NCBI GenBank assembly: GCA_002811645.1
Contig: PDIP01000103.1
Span: forward strand, 1-64,000
Source: Corallochytrium limacisporum Hawaii
Taxonomy: Eukaryota > Protista > Pluriformea
Length of the DNA stretch: 64,000 bases
Direction: 5' to 3'
How positions within the stretch are numbered: position 1 is the first letter of the stretch; every line of letters begins with the position of its first letter. The notes under the pieces are model-generated. The model had not been told where the DNA came from, did not search any database, and was given only the letters and a program-made list of their open reading frames with translations. Below, one piece after another: positions 22,292 through 35,300 of the stretch. The translations under genes were made by a program, and so were the position numbers.

Positions 22292-25200
22292 TTTCCTTCT
22301 TGGCTGTGTGTAAAGTCTAAGCGAGTCACCATCCCCAGCTATCTACACCGCGACCGCATACTTTCCTTTTTTTCCCCGGTTCCCTGCCGACTGTCCTGTT
22401 TCCCGACTGCCAATCGTATATTTTTCCAAGGTTTCATGAGTTCATAAGGTACTTGTCTACGACGAGTTGCTGAATTTCGGTTGCGCGTACCATCCGGCCG
22501 CGACTTGCTGCGAACTCGTGCCCCTGTCGCGTCGCGCACTCCGGGCGGCTTCGAATACGAAGAGCGCGCAGCCATTGCCAACCAAAAAGGAAAAACAAAA
22601 TTCAGGCCAAGACAACACTCTTTGGTATTTGTGTGTGTGGCTAACCATACTACCACCAGACCACTCTGTGTCTCATTCGCTCTGTCTGTTCTCCAATGGC
22701 GCCTCTTCCCCCCTCCCCCCGGGATTCCCGTCATTGATACACACGTACCAAAAAAAAATGGAACTGAAGGAAAACAAAAAAAAAAAGGCGGCTCCAGCGA
22801 TTACCCACCCACGCACTCTTTTTATACTACGACAGTAGATAATTTGGGATCCAATATTTTTTTTCTCTTCGAATTGTCTTGGCAAGCTCTGACTGCAGGG
22901 CTCAGAGGAGCCAATGGCCACAGGCTTCAACTAACATTAATAGAATTGTAAGTCACACTTACAATTCCAAAGATTTTGTAATTTTATAGATATAGAGAAT
23001 ACATTCGGAAATGTGAATACACGAAAATGACCATTGACTGAGGTTACATTCCTTTTCCAGAATATGTCCTTTTGTCAGTAACTGAGCACCCCGGAAATCT
23101 AAATTCAAAACAGATAAAGGGACGCCGGATCTGAGAATATCATACGTTTAGTACGCAATTTGGACAGGCAAATTGTAGGGAGGATGTGTGGAACGGAAAG
23201 TGATCGGTTTGTGCGGCTGGACGGAAATCAACTGCCGCATTTTGTGCTGGGCGTCTGATCGCGCGAAAGATACTAGAACTGGTCAGCAACCGCTGCAGCA
23301 TTAAACAAGTTCTCATCATATTCTTGCAATCAAGCAGCGATGGGCAGCCTTTCATTTGTCACTTCAAAAGATTCAGTCGTGCGTGCTTGTTACGTATCAC
23401 CCTGATGTGGGGCCGTCCTGATGATGGGTTACTGACGCACGGTCGTTACCCATTCTGTGATCCCTGTTCCGGTCACTATTTTCGTGTGCGTCCGAATTGA
23501 ACAAAGATCGTAACAGTGATGGGAGCAAAACAGTCGGAAGATGGATCAAGCAAATGTGGATTCAAGTGTAACCAGCATTTCTCTGTTTTGCGTGGGCTGG
23601 CTGATGATGTCTGATTCGTATCCGCATGGGGACAGACAATGCCTGCCCAACTGCCCAGTTGGTTGTTGATGCTGGCCATCGTTGATTAGCACCCCGTGTG
23701 TCTCTCTCTATATCGCGCGGATGCAGTTCTCGCGAGTCATCATCAGTCTGCTATGGTCATGGAAAGGCAAAAGGCGCACAGCCCCGAGAATGTTTGAACT
23801 TAAACATAACTTAGTCTGGAACTGAACATGCTGATAATGACATCGGCCATTCCCTTGGTTATCCCGTACATGATGGATGCTGTGGGTTTGATACACGCAT
23901 CAGATACAACAACATGATGTCCGCCATAGATGAGTACCATTGCCATGTCCTTACCGCTTTGTGCGGACGGTTTCAAACATTGCTGTGATTGACCGTTTGG
24001 CACTAGTCTCGTCAAGTGCAACCTGCGCTGTGGGCGGATCACGGGATCAGTGTCCGTGTGAAGAACAGTGTTTCATCCTCTCGTAGGACTCATTCAAGCA
24101 CGTAACGCCAATCCGAATGGACATAGTTTTAGCCAGAACGTTCCCAGCACGAGGTTCCTGGACCTGCACGCAATATGTCGAAGGATGCTTATTCTTCCCT
24201 TCCATGTCTTAGTCACGGGCAGCACCGGCTAGGTTCTCCAACGCGCCCGCGGGTATCTCACACGTTTACACGCCAATGGCCATACCTAATGTGCTGCGTT
24301 GGCAAGGGATTCCGCGCCCGGAATCAGAAAAACACACCTCTGTAGAGCTTAGATGTCGTGTTTCGAATGTCAGTCCACTCCGAGATCCCATATTTCTCGC
24401 CTGCATTCTGTGCTGGTTTCTCTATTGATCTCAAGCGTTGTTTTTGGGGGGACAACGGGGGAGCTGTGGACTGCGCTCAACTCCCCACTGTGTCGGCAGC
24501 AACCCTGCAATAGTCACCAGAAAACTTGCGCACCACAAGTTGTTCGGAGCCGGTCGCGTATCTCCTATGAAGACCACATCTCGCGTACATATAAAAAAGT
24601 ATGGATATTTCAAGCACGTATTGACTATTTTGAGATTGAAAGTGGAGTTCCACTTGCCTCAGATTTGCCGTGGAACGGTTGGGCTGCCCCGGTTCAGTGG
24701 TAGGCAGCAGTGGCGGCTCCGGACTGCAGTTCAGCGGAAATTTTTCCCATGCAAATCGCCCAGGAAGGAAAGTCTTAAGTGCTAAGGGCCGGTGCCGAGT
24801 AGCCCGAATGGGGCTGGGTGTTCGCCGAGCACCTTCGTCAGAGCTTGGTGACCATATGTTCTGGGCGGTGACAATTCCGGTACTGTGAGAACCAGGGAGT
24901 CTGCCCAAGAAAAAAATACTTCTTCGTACCTTCCCTTTGTGCGTAAGTACTGTGTCCGGGAGGACTACGGAAGAACCCAGAAACCGGGCCTGCACAACGC
25001 TACCGAAGGGGAGTCGCTGTTGGGAGCGAGGGCGGGCAAGGGGGGTTTGTGGGGGAGTGAAAGGAAGCGTGTATGGCTGGGAAAAGAAAGACCCGAGGGA
25101 AACCCCCTATCAAAACTTTGTGGAAACCACAGTTTCCAATTTTCTTCATGAAGAAAATTTGACTGCTTTGCTACCCGCGACCGGAGTTGGGGAAATAAAC

Positions 25201-25598
25201 TCTGGATAATTTTTTTTCCAACCCTTCGACACTACGAGACAGATCATACACACACCGAGAGACCAATGACTCCCCGACCGTTCGCATGGACAGGTCGGGG
25301 AGGACAGAGCGCTGCTAACGGGGGAGGGGGGGGTTGGACAGAGCTGGTCGAAGACGGGAGTCTATTTTAATATATTTCAAAGTTATTAAATTGGACTCCC
25401 GATCGGGAAGAGGAAGGGGAGCTGGACACCTTCGGACGCGTGTCCCGTGTATGGATCCCTATCGGCTGCAGATGATGTCAAATGCCATTGAGTGCAGGTA
25501 CTTTGACTGAAGTGAACATGCAGGGTGATCCTGAATTCTCAAAAAGACTTTTCTGATCCCATTAACCGACTTTATTTCAGTGTGTACTGTAGAGAAAC

Positions 25599-26159
25599 AT
25601 GGGTGAAAAGAAGGGTGTCGTGTTTGTGTGCCTCGGCAATATTTGCCGCAGCCCTATCGCGGAGGCAATCTTTGCGTCGCTGGTCAAGGACCGTGGTCTC
25701 GAAGACGAGTGGTTCTGGGACTCTGCGGGCACCAGTGGATGGCATATTGACGAGGATGCTGACCCTCGTACACTAGCAGTGTGCAGGAAGCATGGGATTC
25801 CCTGTGACTCCAGGGGGCGGAAGTTTGTCAGTGAAGACTTTGAAAAATTTCATCATATTTTATGCATGGACAATTCCAATGTTCGCAATGCCCTCAAGGT
25901 TGCACCTTCCCAAGATCTAGCAAAGAAAGCTGAATTGATTACAGGATATGATAATGGTGGACCCGCAGAAATCCAAGATCCTTACTATGTAGGTATGACC
26001 ACTGCACCTTCGGGAACGGCTTGCTCTGGGTGAACCATGATCGCTAACGGATATCTCTCTCCTTTTCTTTCTTGAATACAGGGTGAAGGTGATGGGTTTG
26101 AAATTGTGTACCAGCAGCTACAGCGCTGCCTTAACGGATTCCTTGAGAAGCATGGATAA
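25599..26159 (+). CDS. ACP1: Low-molecular-weight protein tyrosine phosphatase; exons 25599-25988 and 26082-26159
   Basis: P-loop VCLGNICRS, DSAGT and DPYY. Intron GTAGGT...GCTAAC...TACAG; splicing restores DPYY|GEGDGFEIVYQQLQRCLNGFLEKHG. Confidence 0.95.
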
Positions 26160-26557
26160 CGCAGGTAGTTCATCCTCACGTAAATGCATTCACATACATG
26201 CAACAGGCAATAGAGCGGCCATTTTGGACCGAGTATTACACATACGGATTCTGGAATTTATCTGTTTTGGCTTTGTGGTACTTTTTCTTCCGGAATTTCT
26301 CTGACCGGGCGGCGTTCCAGTACTTTGAGTATGGAGGTACCGTTTCCCCGCTCCGGCACAGCGTCTGGACCACGGCATCGTTTTCGTGTTCCTCATTCCG
26401 CAAAGCTGAAACACTAAGTTTCCACTTTCACCGACCGAGTTATGGTAGATCAAGGTAGTAAGTGTGGAATATAGGAGTACGTTAGGTTACTAAATTGCAT
26501 AGTATTTTTGTTGTTTTTATTATTTTTCCTTGGGATCCATAAATACAGCAGATAGTC

Positions 26558-27487
26558 ATGGAGAACCTGAGTCGTATCTTCAACGGCATCCCCGGTGGCA
26601 GACCGCAGGCCGGTGGAGACAATCCTATGGTGGACACTGCTGAGCAGGTCTACATTAGTTCTTTGGCGCTGCTAAAGATGTTGAAGCACGGACGGGCGGG
26701 TGTACCGATGGAAGTCATGGGTCTGATGCTGGGAGAATTCGTTGACGACTACACTGTTCGAGTAATCGATGTGTTTGCCATGCCCCAGAGTGGTACCGGT
26801 GTGTCTGTAGAGGCGGTCGATCCTGTATTCCAGACTAAGATGTTAGACATGTTAAAGCAAGTGGGACGCCCCGAAATGGTAGTTGGTTGGTATCACAGCC
26901 ACCCTGGTTTCGGCTGCTGGCTATCCGGTGTCGACATCAACACGCAACAGAGTTTCGAGGCCCTAAATCAGCGTGCCGTGGCCGTGGTTGTCGACCCAAT
27001 TCAAAGTGTAAAAGGCAAGGTCGTGATTGATGCATTCCGTTTGATTAGCCCGCAGCTGCTTCTGCTTGGCCAGGAACCTCGTCAGACCACCTCCAACATT
27101 GGCCACCTGCACAAACCGTCCATTCAAGCACTTATCCACGGGCTGAACCGTCACTACTACTCCATTGCCATCAACTACCGCAAGAACGAACTTGAACAGA
27201 AAATGCTCATGAATTTGCACAAGAAATCATGGACAGATGGATTATCGCTGCAGAATTACGAAGAACACCACCATCTCAATGAGAAGACGGTGAGCAACAT
27301 GCTGGAACTGGCCAAGAACTATAACAAAGCAGTGCAGGACGAGGACAAGCTGACAAAGCAGGAACTGGAGATCCGCAACGTCGGTAAGCAGGACCCCAAA
27401 CAGCACCTGGTGAAGGAAATCGATGTGCTCATGACCACGAATATTGTCCAGTGTCTTGGTGCCATGCTGGATATTGTTGCCTTCTGA
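26558..27487 (+). CDS. PSMD14: 26S proteasome deubiquitinase Rpn11
   Basis: JAMM motif [17 protein letters not shown]; [18 protein letters not shown]. Confidence 0.99.
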   Translation: MENLSRIFNGIPGGRPQAGGDNPMVDTAEQVYISSLALLKMLKHGRAGVPMEVMGLMLGEFVDDYTVRVIDVFAMPQSGTGVSVEAVDPVFQTKMLDMLKQVGRPEMVVGWYHSHPGFGCWLSGVDINTQQSFEALNQRAVAVVVDPIQSVKGKVVIDAFRLISPQLLLLGQEPRQTTSNIGHLHKPSIQALIHGLNRHYYSIAINYRKNELEQKMLMNLHKKSWTDGLSLQNYEEHHHLNEKTVSNMLELAKNYNKAVQDEDKLTKQELEIRNVGKQDPKQHLVKEIDVLMTTNIVQCLGAMLDIVAF

Positions 27488-27610
27488 GGTATAGGAAAGT
27501 GGCACAAAAATTCTGTAACAGAGAGCAGCATAACCAATAGATCAGAAAGAGTACTTCAAGTATCACCTTGCGCTAAATTTTAAGATTGCTAAGATTCCTA
27601 TTAGAATGCC

Positions 27611-29704
27611 TTACCTGTTTTCCAACGGGGGATAAGAGCCCTTGGTGCGCCAGTAAACATTGCACGCACTGCAGAGTCGGTCATTGTTGGCACCGATGCG
27701 CCAACCGGGGGTTTCACTGGTGCCACAGTGATCGCACGTCGGCTTCGGTCCGATATCCACTTCCGGCTTTTTGCTGGGGAACGGAGCAAATTTTGAACCC
27801 CCCTGCTTCCAGGGGCGGTGCACCGGGCCAGAGGAGGCCGCTTTGTTGCCGTGGCCTTGACTATCTCGGCGGCCTGGCGTACTCAGGACAACACTTTCGT
27901 AGAGACCAGGTGTCGGATCAGCTTCAACAATGGCCCCATTGAGGGCTTTAACGCTTGCGAGATCCTGCGGCTTACTCTCATAGCATGCAATGCTCAGACG
28001 CCGTGTGAGGTAACAAGCCAGGTGCATTTCTGCTGGTGTAGGTTCACCGGCAGTTTTGGAGGTGTTGAAGCCATTGTTTAGGCGCTCTTGCTGAAGCAGG
28101 TACAGTGCAGCAATGAGAGTACTGTTCTGGTCCAGGAATGCGTCAGGAGCCGCCTTCATCTGTCTGTATAAGGCCGCGAGCTCTCCTTCATCTGTGGTCA
28201 CGAATGACACGTCCAGGTCGTTCTCGTAGAGCCAGATCAAAGTATCCTTCAGCACGGGTTCTATCGCAGGCACGCGCTGTTTGTCCGATTCCAGACCAGC
28301 CATGGGTGCTGCAGGGGGCTCCTCGCCACGGTCCTCCACTGGTGCCTCCGTCTGGCCCTCTTTCAAAGGTTCCGTGTCCGGAAGAAACGGGTCGGATATT
28401 TGCCTGGGCAACATCTCTGGGCCCGTAGCTTCATCCTTCTCATTCTGCTCCTTTTCAGCCTCGTCGATACCTGCCTGTGCCAGTTGCGAGAATACTCCGC
28501 CTGTGATCTCATCGAGACGTGCGGTAATTCGCTGGCTGACTTTGTCCGAGTCTGTGCTGTCGTACATTTTAAGCAAGCTGTTGGCATACAGCACACCAGA
28601 CTCGTCATGCCAGAGATCCCGAAGCAATTGACTGTCCTCCTGGCCCAACGTCGCCTCGGTGGAGTCGTAGTGTTGAGCAAGTGTGTCGAACAGCCGGTGT
28701 CCACGCAGACTGCCAATGTTTGCCGGCTTCAAGGGCCGCACAGCTGCCTTTGCCCGGTCCCTTACGGAGACATTGTACACGTGCTTCTCCACCAAAGTTC
28801 GCAGAGACTTTTGGACCTTGTTCGTTTCGGTTGCGCCTCGGTACTCTATGTACTCCGCAATCAATTCCCTCGGCAGATCGATCTTCGTGTTTTCTTCCTC
28901 TTCCACGACGGCCTGAGTTTCCACCGCGGCAGGTGCAGCTGTACCATCAGATTCTGCCTGACCTTCGGTCTTAGACGAAGCTTCCGTGTGTCCTTGCTGT
29001 TGGTCAACGTCCATGGCGTCGGACGGCTTTTCCCCTTCCTCTTCGCCTTCGCCATCTTTTTTCTCTTCGCCAGTGCGCCTCAGACCTTTACTTTCCAGGA
29101 TCTGTTCTTCCTTGGCCTGCCAGTTCTTCTTGCTCTTTTCGACCATGTTTTCTGCCACGCCCTTTAGTTTCTTAGCCTCCCGGTAGTAGATACTCCGATC
29201 ATCATTGAAGGTCATACAGTTATCGCAAATGAGCTTTAGGTCGTCTATGTATGCTTCCAGCGTCCCGTACATCATGCCTTTAATCTTTTTTTCCATGGTG
29301 GAAAGGTCCATGGGTTTCTTGATTATGTCCCGATATCCTGGTACATCTTCTTCACTCACGGGCTCAAGGAAAAAACCATAGTGGTCTTTCGCCATAATCT
29401 TTTGGTGCAGGGGCTGCAAGAACTCTGCAAGGGCGCGTGTTATTGCACTAAGTTGAGGTACCCCACTGCCCACTTTGATGTTTTCTCCATGTTTATCCGA
29501 AGTCACCGTTGATGAGTCCTTACGGCCACGCTTGCCGGCTGAGTCAGCCTTCCCCAGTCCAAGCTCTTTCCGCCATGAGCGCAGTCTTCCTTTCGTCCGC
29601 GGCTCAACTTGTTCCGTTTCCTTTACAATCTGAGCCTTTCTTCCAGATTTCTTTAGCGAAAAGCGCAGTTTCAATGGCCTGCTTTGCAAATGTAAGACCG
29701 CCAT
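27611..29704 (-). CDS. BRD7/BRD9-like bromodomain protein with a C-terminal GATA-type zinc finger, 697 aa
   Basis: Bromodomain (FFLEPV..DVPGYRDIIKKPMDL..NCMTFN). BRD7/9-type blocks HYDST..DSQL and LQQERL..EMHLA. C-x2-C-x17-C-x2-C finger at 27662-27736. Confidence 0.88.
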   Translation of the reverse strand: MAVLHLQSRPLKLRFSLKKSGRKAQIVKETEQVEPRTKGRLRSWRKELGLGKADSAGKRGRKDSSTVTSDKHGENIKVGSGVPQLSAITRALAEFLQPLHQKIMAKDHYGFFLEPVSEEDVPGYRDIIKKPMDLSTMEKKIKGMMYGTLEAYIDDLKLICDNCMTFNDDRSIYYREAKKLKGVAENMVEKSKKNWQAKEEQILESKGLRRTGEEKKDGEGEEEGEKPSDAMDVDQQQGHTEASSKTEGQAESDGTAAPAAVETQAVVEEEENTKIDLPRELIAEYIEYRGATETNKVQKSLRTLVEKHVYNVSVRDRAKAAVRPLKPANIGSLRGHRLFDTLAQHYDSTEATLGQEDSQLLRDLWHDESGVLYANSLLKMYDSTDSDKVSQRITARLDEITGGVFSQLAQAGIDEAEKEQNEKDEATGPEMLPRQISDPFLPDTEPLKEGQTEAPVEDRGEEPPAAPMAGLESDKQRVPAIEPVLKDTLIWLYENDLDVSFVTTDEGELAALYRQMKAAPDAFLDQNSTLIAALYLLQQERLNNGFNTSKTAGEPTPAEMHLACYLTRRLSIACYESKPQDLASVKALNGAIVEADPTPGLYESVVLSTPGRRDSQGHGNKAASSGPVHRPWKQGGSKFAPFPSKKPEVDIGPKPTCDHCGTSETPGWRIGANNDRLCSACNVYWRTKGSYPPLENR

Positions 29705-30801
29705 AGTTTCTCTCCTTGGTTACAATCTTTGCACTCTTTCTACTACGACACCATGGCGATTGTTCCCTTGTCGTTCCGGGCCGAATCCAAAATATAAACA
29801 AAATCCTCTATCTTTGTTTCGAGTTCAATGTCACGACATTTTCGTGTTTCCATATCATGGCTGTAATACCTGTTTCCGACGCTCACCAATCTCACAGCTT
29901 AACCACCCGGACACAGCAGCGCCTTTCCAGAACAGCATCAAGTGCGCGGGACATTCCGATGGTCTGGGTTGGGTTGCCCCGGGGAGGAGGGAGGGGAGGG
30001 GGGCCACCGCGAACGCACATTTGCAGTCTTGGGTCCTCCGCTGCACGCCCGCAACATAGAGCCTACTACGTTCTGCCATACCCAGCAGTCCTTCTCACAA
30101 ACGCGAGCCAAGCGCTCCGGACTCCCCCTTCCCACTGGGGCTCCCAGAAAGCCAATCTTCCCATCCGGTACCGTACTACTGCACTGCTGTGGCTACGGGG
30201 TCCATTATGCACGATACACCGGGCGCTCCATTGACCCCAAGCCTGAGCCGCGCGCGCAAACACACACCGTAGAAGAGGGGGCAGCACCAGGGAAAAAGAA
30301 TAAAAAAAAAAAAACCAAAAAGGAAAGGGAAAGAAAATAGGCCCCTGAAGGTGGAGCAATTTCCCTCCTGGAGGAGCATGACAGGGCGTGAAGTGTGTAC
30401 ATATTCGATACAATCGAATGAAGCAGACGACGGCGGGCAACCGGCCCGCGAATCTAAGACAAGGGACTAAAGATCCACCATGGTGTCAAAGAGAACTAAA
30501 ATGGTATGTATGTAATGTGTAAACGAACAGATACGAGACGGGCACTGAAAAGAGATGCAAGGCAAAAGGAAGAACAAAAACAGGAGGAATACCTGCCCGC
30601 TCTCTCGTGTGCCGCGCTATTGATGTGTAGCTTCTGTCAATTCCGCTTTTCAAAAACTGCGCTATGCGCATACTTGTGGAGGATGAACATGGTGTGAACA
30701 CTGGAGTGATCCTGTGTTACTTCCGGACTGGTGTTTTCTCAATATGACGTGAACTAATCTGCTGAGCTCCTGGCCCAGGGTCTTATGTACCGGGAGGAAC
30801 C

Positions 30802-31647
30802 CTAGCATGCCTCAGCTTCCTTTTGTTGGGCCATAAACTGCTTGTACTGGAGGTGGCACTCGTTAATGACGTTGATAGCATAGTCTTGGTCCTTGCATTC
30901 CCCGTCAAAGCAGTACTTGTTCTCTGGCTTGCCATCGACGGTCTTGTACAAACGGTACCAGTTGCGAATTTCGTCAATGACCTCGGGCTTTTCCCGCTTC
31001 AGATCCTCGAGAGTATTCAATACCGGTGCCATTTCATCGTCAGTCTTGATACAGATCACCTTCCAGTCGCACTCTCCCTCGTCGATTAATCCAAGGATGC
31101 CGAGGGGCTTCACGGGAGTCACGCACCCCACGCCCAGGGTCTTTGATCCAATCTCTACTACATCAATGGGGTCAGCGTCTCCCCTCAGGCCAGTTTCGTT
31201 GATTTCGTTGGGGTCTTCGTAGGTCTGAGGCAGCATGCCGTAGTTGTGCAGAACAGGCCCATAGCTAATCTTGCGAGGCTTGCCGTTCTTGACATCCACC
31301 TTAATGGGCGTCATCGGTTCTGTAAGGTTGACTTCACACTTGTCCTGTGTTCCCCGTGGCATCTCGCAGACAAAGTTAAACACATTTCCTGCCCCGTTAG
31401 CCTTCAGGGGGATGTCATGCCAGATGGAAATGGTTTCACGCTTAATGCAATCCCGCATGAGTACTTTGTAGTCCAGTGTTCCCTCGTCACCGCTTACCTT
31501 CACAGCGTATCGGGGTGTACCCTTGGCCTGCAGGGCAAAGTGCCGGGTGGCCACAGCCCCGCACGCTGGTGCTACCATCTTACGTCCAAGCTGCTGTGCA
31601 TGCCTGGACATTTGTAGGGTAGCACGGTTTGCTACCAAAGAGAGCAT
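30802..31647 (-). CDS. Family I soluble inorganic pyrophosphatase with predicted mitochondrial presequence
   Basis: SIWHDIPL, NYGMLPQTYEDP, GDADPIDVVEIG, DEGECDWK, YKTVDGKPEN. Arg-rich, acid-free N-terminus. Confidence 0.95.
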   Translation of the reverse strand: MLSLVANRATLQMSRHAQQLGRKMVAPACGAVATRHFALQAKGTPRYAVKVSGDEGTLDYKVLMRDCIKRETISIWHDIPLKANGAGNVFNFVCEMPRGTQDKCEVNLTEPMTPIKVDVKNGKPRKISYGPVLHNYGMLPQTYEDPNEINETGLRGDADPIDVVEIGSKTLGVGCVTPVKPLGILGLIDEGECDWKVICIKTDDEMAPVLNTLEDLKREKPEVIDEIRNWYRLYKTVDGKPENKYCFDGECKDQDYAINVINECHLQYKQFMAQQKEAEAC

Positions 31648-32198
31648 GTTGATCCCTTCCTTTTCTGTTTCCCTTTTTGATTTTATGAAGCGTACTCGCT
31701 ATCTGTCTTTTATGTCTAGTGCCAAGAATGTTAATTTCCGGCGCAAAAACTTATTCCGAATTAATTCCGGCTATCGCTATTCAGCTTTCCCGTCGTGATT
31801 GTGTCTATGACTAATCATGTAAATCCCACGTGAATTGAAGGTAACTTCGGCACTTCAAACACCTTCCCAGTGCTTCCTATATTCAGTGTCCACCCGGAAA
31901 CAGTGACCAAGGGGTGAAGAAATTCTAGTAAGCCACATTGTCGGAACGGTTTGCGAGTTTCCAGCCCAGAAGCCATCATCTTGCGCACTTCTCAAAACTT
32001 CTTGAAACTTTGAGGTCGCTCTCCCCAGGCCGCACCAGCGCCGAGACGTTTTGTTTTCTTGGCCACCAGAGCCCGATGGCCAATCCGGGACCGTGTGCGA
32101 GTCATAGTATTGGGCCCTTCTCTCCCAAACCCCCCCCCCTTCCCCTTCTCTGGGCTTCGGATCCCCTTGGGTGGGTGGGATGGTTCCCCCGGGAGAAA

Positions 32199-32395
32199 NN
32201 NNNNNNNNNNNNNNNNNNNNNNNNNNNNNNNNNNNNNNNNNNNNNNNNNNNNNNNNNNNNNNNNNNNNNNNNNNNNNNNNNNNNNNNNNNNNNNNNNNNN
32301 NNNNNNNNNNNNNNNNNNNNNNNNNNNNNNNNNNNNNNNNNNNNNNNNNNNNNNNNNNNNNNNNNNNNNNNNNNNNNNNNNNNNNNNNNNNNNNN
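32199..32395. other. Assembly gap (197 N) with near-duplicated flanks
   Basis: tcggatccccttgggtgggtggga...gggagaaa appears on both sides of the N run. Confidence 0.95.
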
Positions 32396-35300
32396 TCGGA
32401 TCCCCTTGGGTGGGTGGGAGGGTTCCCGCGGGAGAAAACCCCTCATCGGTGCGGTCCCGCACTCCCCCTCCCCCCCCCTTCCTGGGGACTAAGTCTATTT
32501 TTCTTTTTTGTCGCCTTCGCGCGCGCGTGGTTCTCCACTACCCTCACCTCCCCTTCCATACTTTCCGCGCCTCTTTTTTTTCATAATGAATATATTGAGA
32601 TTTGGGCTTCCGGCTGGATGCATATTCTAAAAATGTGCTCCTCCTTGGGGATCCAAAGCATTCTTCTTCTCCCCCCCCCCCAAACCTCCTCCTCCTTTTC
32701 TCCTTTCTTTCCCCCGGGGCAGACCAACTTCAAAACAGTCGGGATGCTGTTGTACAGCATAGCTGCGTGTTCGAGATAAAAAGTGACGGCGTGTTCCTTC
32801 AACCGCGCTCACCGGGTATTACTTTTTCCGATTTTGTGTACTTAATTTGCCAAAACCCAACTATTTTTTTCTTGTTTGGCACGGTCTGCTGACGCGATTC
32901 CCACTACGAAGCGGCTAACGTAACGGCACACGACAGACGAAAACCAGGAAAAAATATGGTATAGTTCCTACCATGAAGGCAGGTCAACAAAAAACTTCAG
33001 GGCAGACCAATGCATAGGATGGATCCTAGGACAGCCACAAACGAAGAAAAAAACACTTGCTAAGCCGACGAATTTCGGCATACGACCTCCAAAAATTTCC
33101 AGAAACCATTGTCGGTTGAGTAGTCGATGAAGGCCCCTTTACTGGAAGTATTGGCGGCTCCGTGTGCTGATCGGCCATCAGACTGGAAGGGGATTCCCCA
33201 AGGGACAGGCCGCGGAGAAGCCAAGAGAGAGGAGGGCCACAGAGAAGACATCATGCGAATAAAGGAATGGCTTGGTGTTGATTGGAAGGAAAGGGAATGG
33301 GACATAAAAGGTCTCGAAAGAAGTCGAACCTTTTCGCGAAAAGCACGGGAACAAATAAAAACTAAACCGGCGCAAACAAAAAAAAATAATCAAAATTTCA
33401 AGAACCCGGAAAAGAAACGTTCGGTAGACGAAGAGCAGCTAAACAACCGTAAGATCCGCCACCTACCGAACCAGCGAGGACACATCCGACAAGCATTCCA
33501 CTACCTGGGCACCACCAAGGCCGTACATCATCACCATCTCCTATTATCTTTCGTGCTTCTCCCTTTCTCTCTAATTCTTGGGTTATTTATTGTTCTCAAC
33601 TGTCCCGGGGTTGTATGCCCCCGTGCTTTGCAGTGCTGCATGTCTTAGATCGCCCGTGCCAGTCACGAGACCTTTGAAGGGGGGGGGCCCGGCGGGGAGG
33701 GGCGAACGACTGGCTGTTGTCAATCGATGAACGGTCGCGAAAAAAAAGAAAAGAAAGAAAGAAAAGACCGGCCCGCCGAGGCTCCTCCTTGTCCTGTACC
33801 CATACAAAACAACCGCACTGGGGGGTGGGGGACCGGCCAATGGCTTTCTTCTCCCAGCCCACCACCAAAAGCAGAGCGGGGTGGGGTAGATTGCCAAAAA
33901 TAAATCACCGCTTCGCCTGCAGCATCTCCACCGGGGTCCGGGGAACTCGGGAAACGAGAGCGAATGGCGAGGGGAGGGGAGGGGCGCGCGAAGGTGGTCC
34001 CCCCGTTTCGTGAGGGGTTGATGGATCAAGAAAAGAAAGGGACGCATACATTTACTACTATAACAGAGGAATAGAACACACCAACTGCAATTCGTGGATA
34101 GTTTTACTTTTTCTTTTTTCTTCCTTTTTTTCTTTGTGTTGGCTGTCGTCCATGTGTGTGTGTGTGTCAGTGACGTTATTTCGGTGGGCCGCCTGTTCAG
34201 TATTCCGGAGAACAAGGGACTGCTTGCACACACACCTCTCTTGCAAGAGCCGCGGGTAGGGAGAGAGGAAGATTTTGGAGCCCCGCGGGAGGGGGGGGAG
34301 GGAGAGGAATGGTCTCGGGGCTGATGGTGATCAACCACTGCGGTATATACGCCTTGGCGGGCGGTCCCGCAGATTTGGCCGCTCCCCTGTCTCCGGGAGA
34401 GGTCCTCTTGAGATGATGCCCTGAGTGTTTCTTTATTGTTGACACTGCCTTCATGATAGGAACTATACCATATTTTTTCCTTCTTTTCTTGTTGGTGCTT
34501 TGGTCGGGGTTTTGGTCGGATCCAGTTGTTCTGGATCAATGCTGTCGCTGACGCACGGGTGCTCTCTGTTCCAGCAGTGGTCCCCGCTGTCCGTCCAGCA
34601 GCACGGATCCTTAAAAGAAAGTCAGCAAAATGAAATTCGTCGTTTTTTCCTCTTTTTTTCTTTTTCGACCGACGCAGACCGAAAGGCACGGGATCGAGTG
34701 GTGGTGGGTAAGGGGCACAGCCCGGACTGCAGCAAGCACGAATTGCCTCTCCTCCCGGTGTCGTTGAGTGCCAATTCGCCCATTGTTTTACCATAGAGAA
34801 CCAATCGGGAATCTGGGAAAATGGGACAGCAGACAAAAAGCAGTTGACGTTGCAAAATATTCTCGACGGCCCTTCCCTTCTGTTCGCACGCGGCTCTCCA
34901 TCGTTGTCCTTCCTTGAATCGGGAGACGGTGTGGTGTCCCGTTCGCAAGTCTTGGAAACCCAGAACGCGGGCGGCAATAGTTTCATATATTTACCTAGCA
35001 GATGATCGTCATATCACTTGGGCACACCAAAACGACACCCAGGTGAAAACCCATCAAGAGCGAATAGAGGAGAGAGCGGGACAAGAGAGAAAAGAGATCG
35101 GTGGGCGGCCTGGGACCAGGTGATAGATACCTTTTATTGCCGACGATTGCGGCACTCCTGGCATGCTGGACTATAGCTCACACCGCCCAGAGGGGACTTA
35201 AAGAGGTTGTCGTCTGTGAGAAACTACGACATTGACAAAGATCTCTCTGGGCGGATCATCGCTGATTGCGCTCCCATGCACTTTGCATATCTTGGGTGCA

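Noticed and set aside
14295-22332. RERERE/SLSLSL ORFs
   Set aside because: Translations of (CT)n microsatellites.
32157-32438. ~42-bp direct repeat around the N gap as a target-site duplication or LTR
   Set aside because: Best explained as unmerged overlapping contig ends.
33583-34986. 467-aa minus-strand ORF
   Set aside because: Runs through homopolymer and microsatellite DNA with composition dictated by those tracts, and has no domain; likely spurious.
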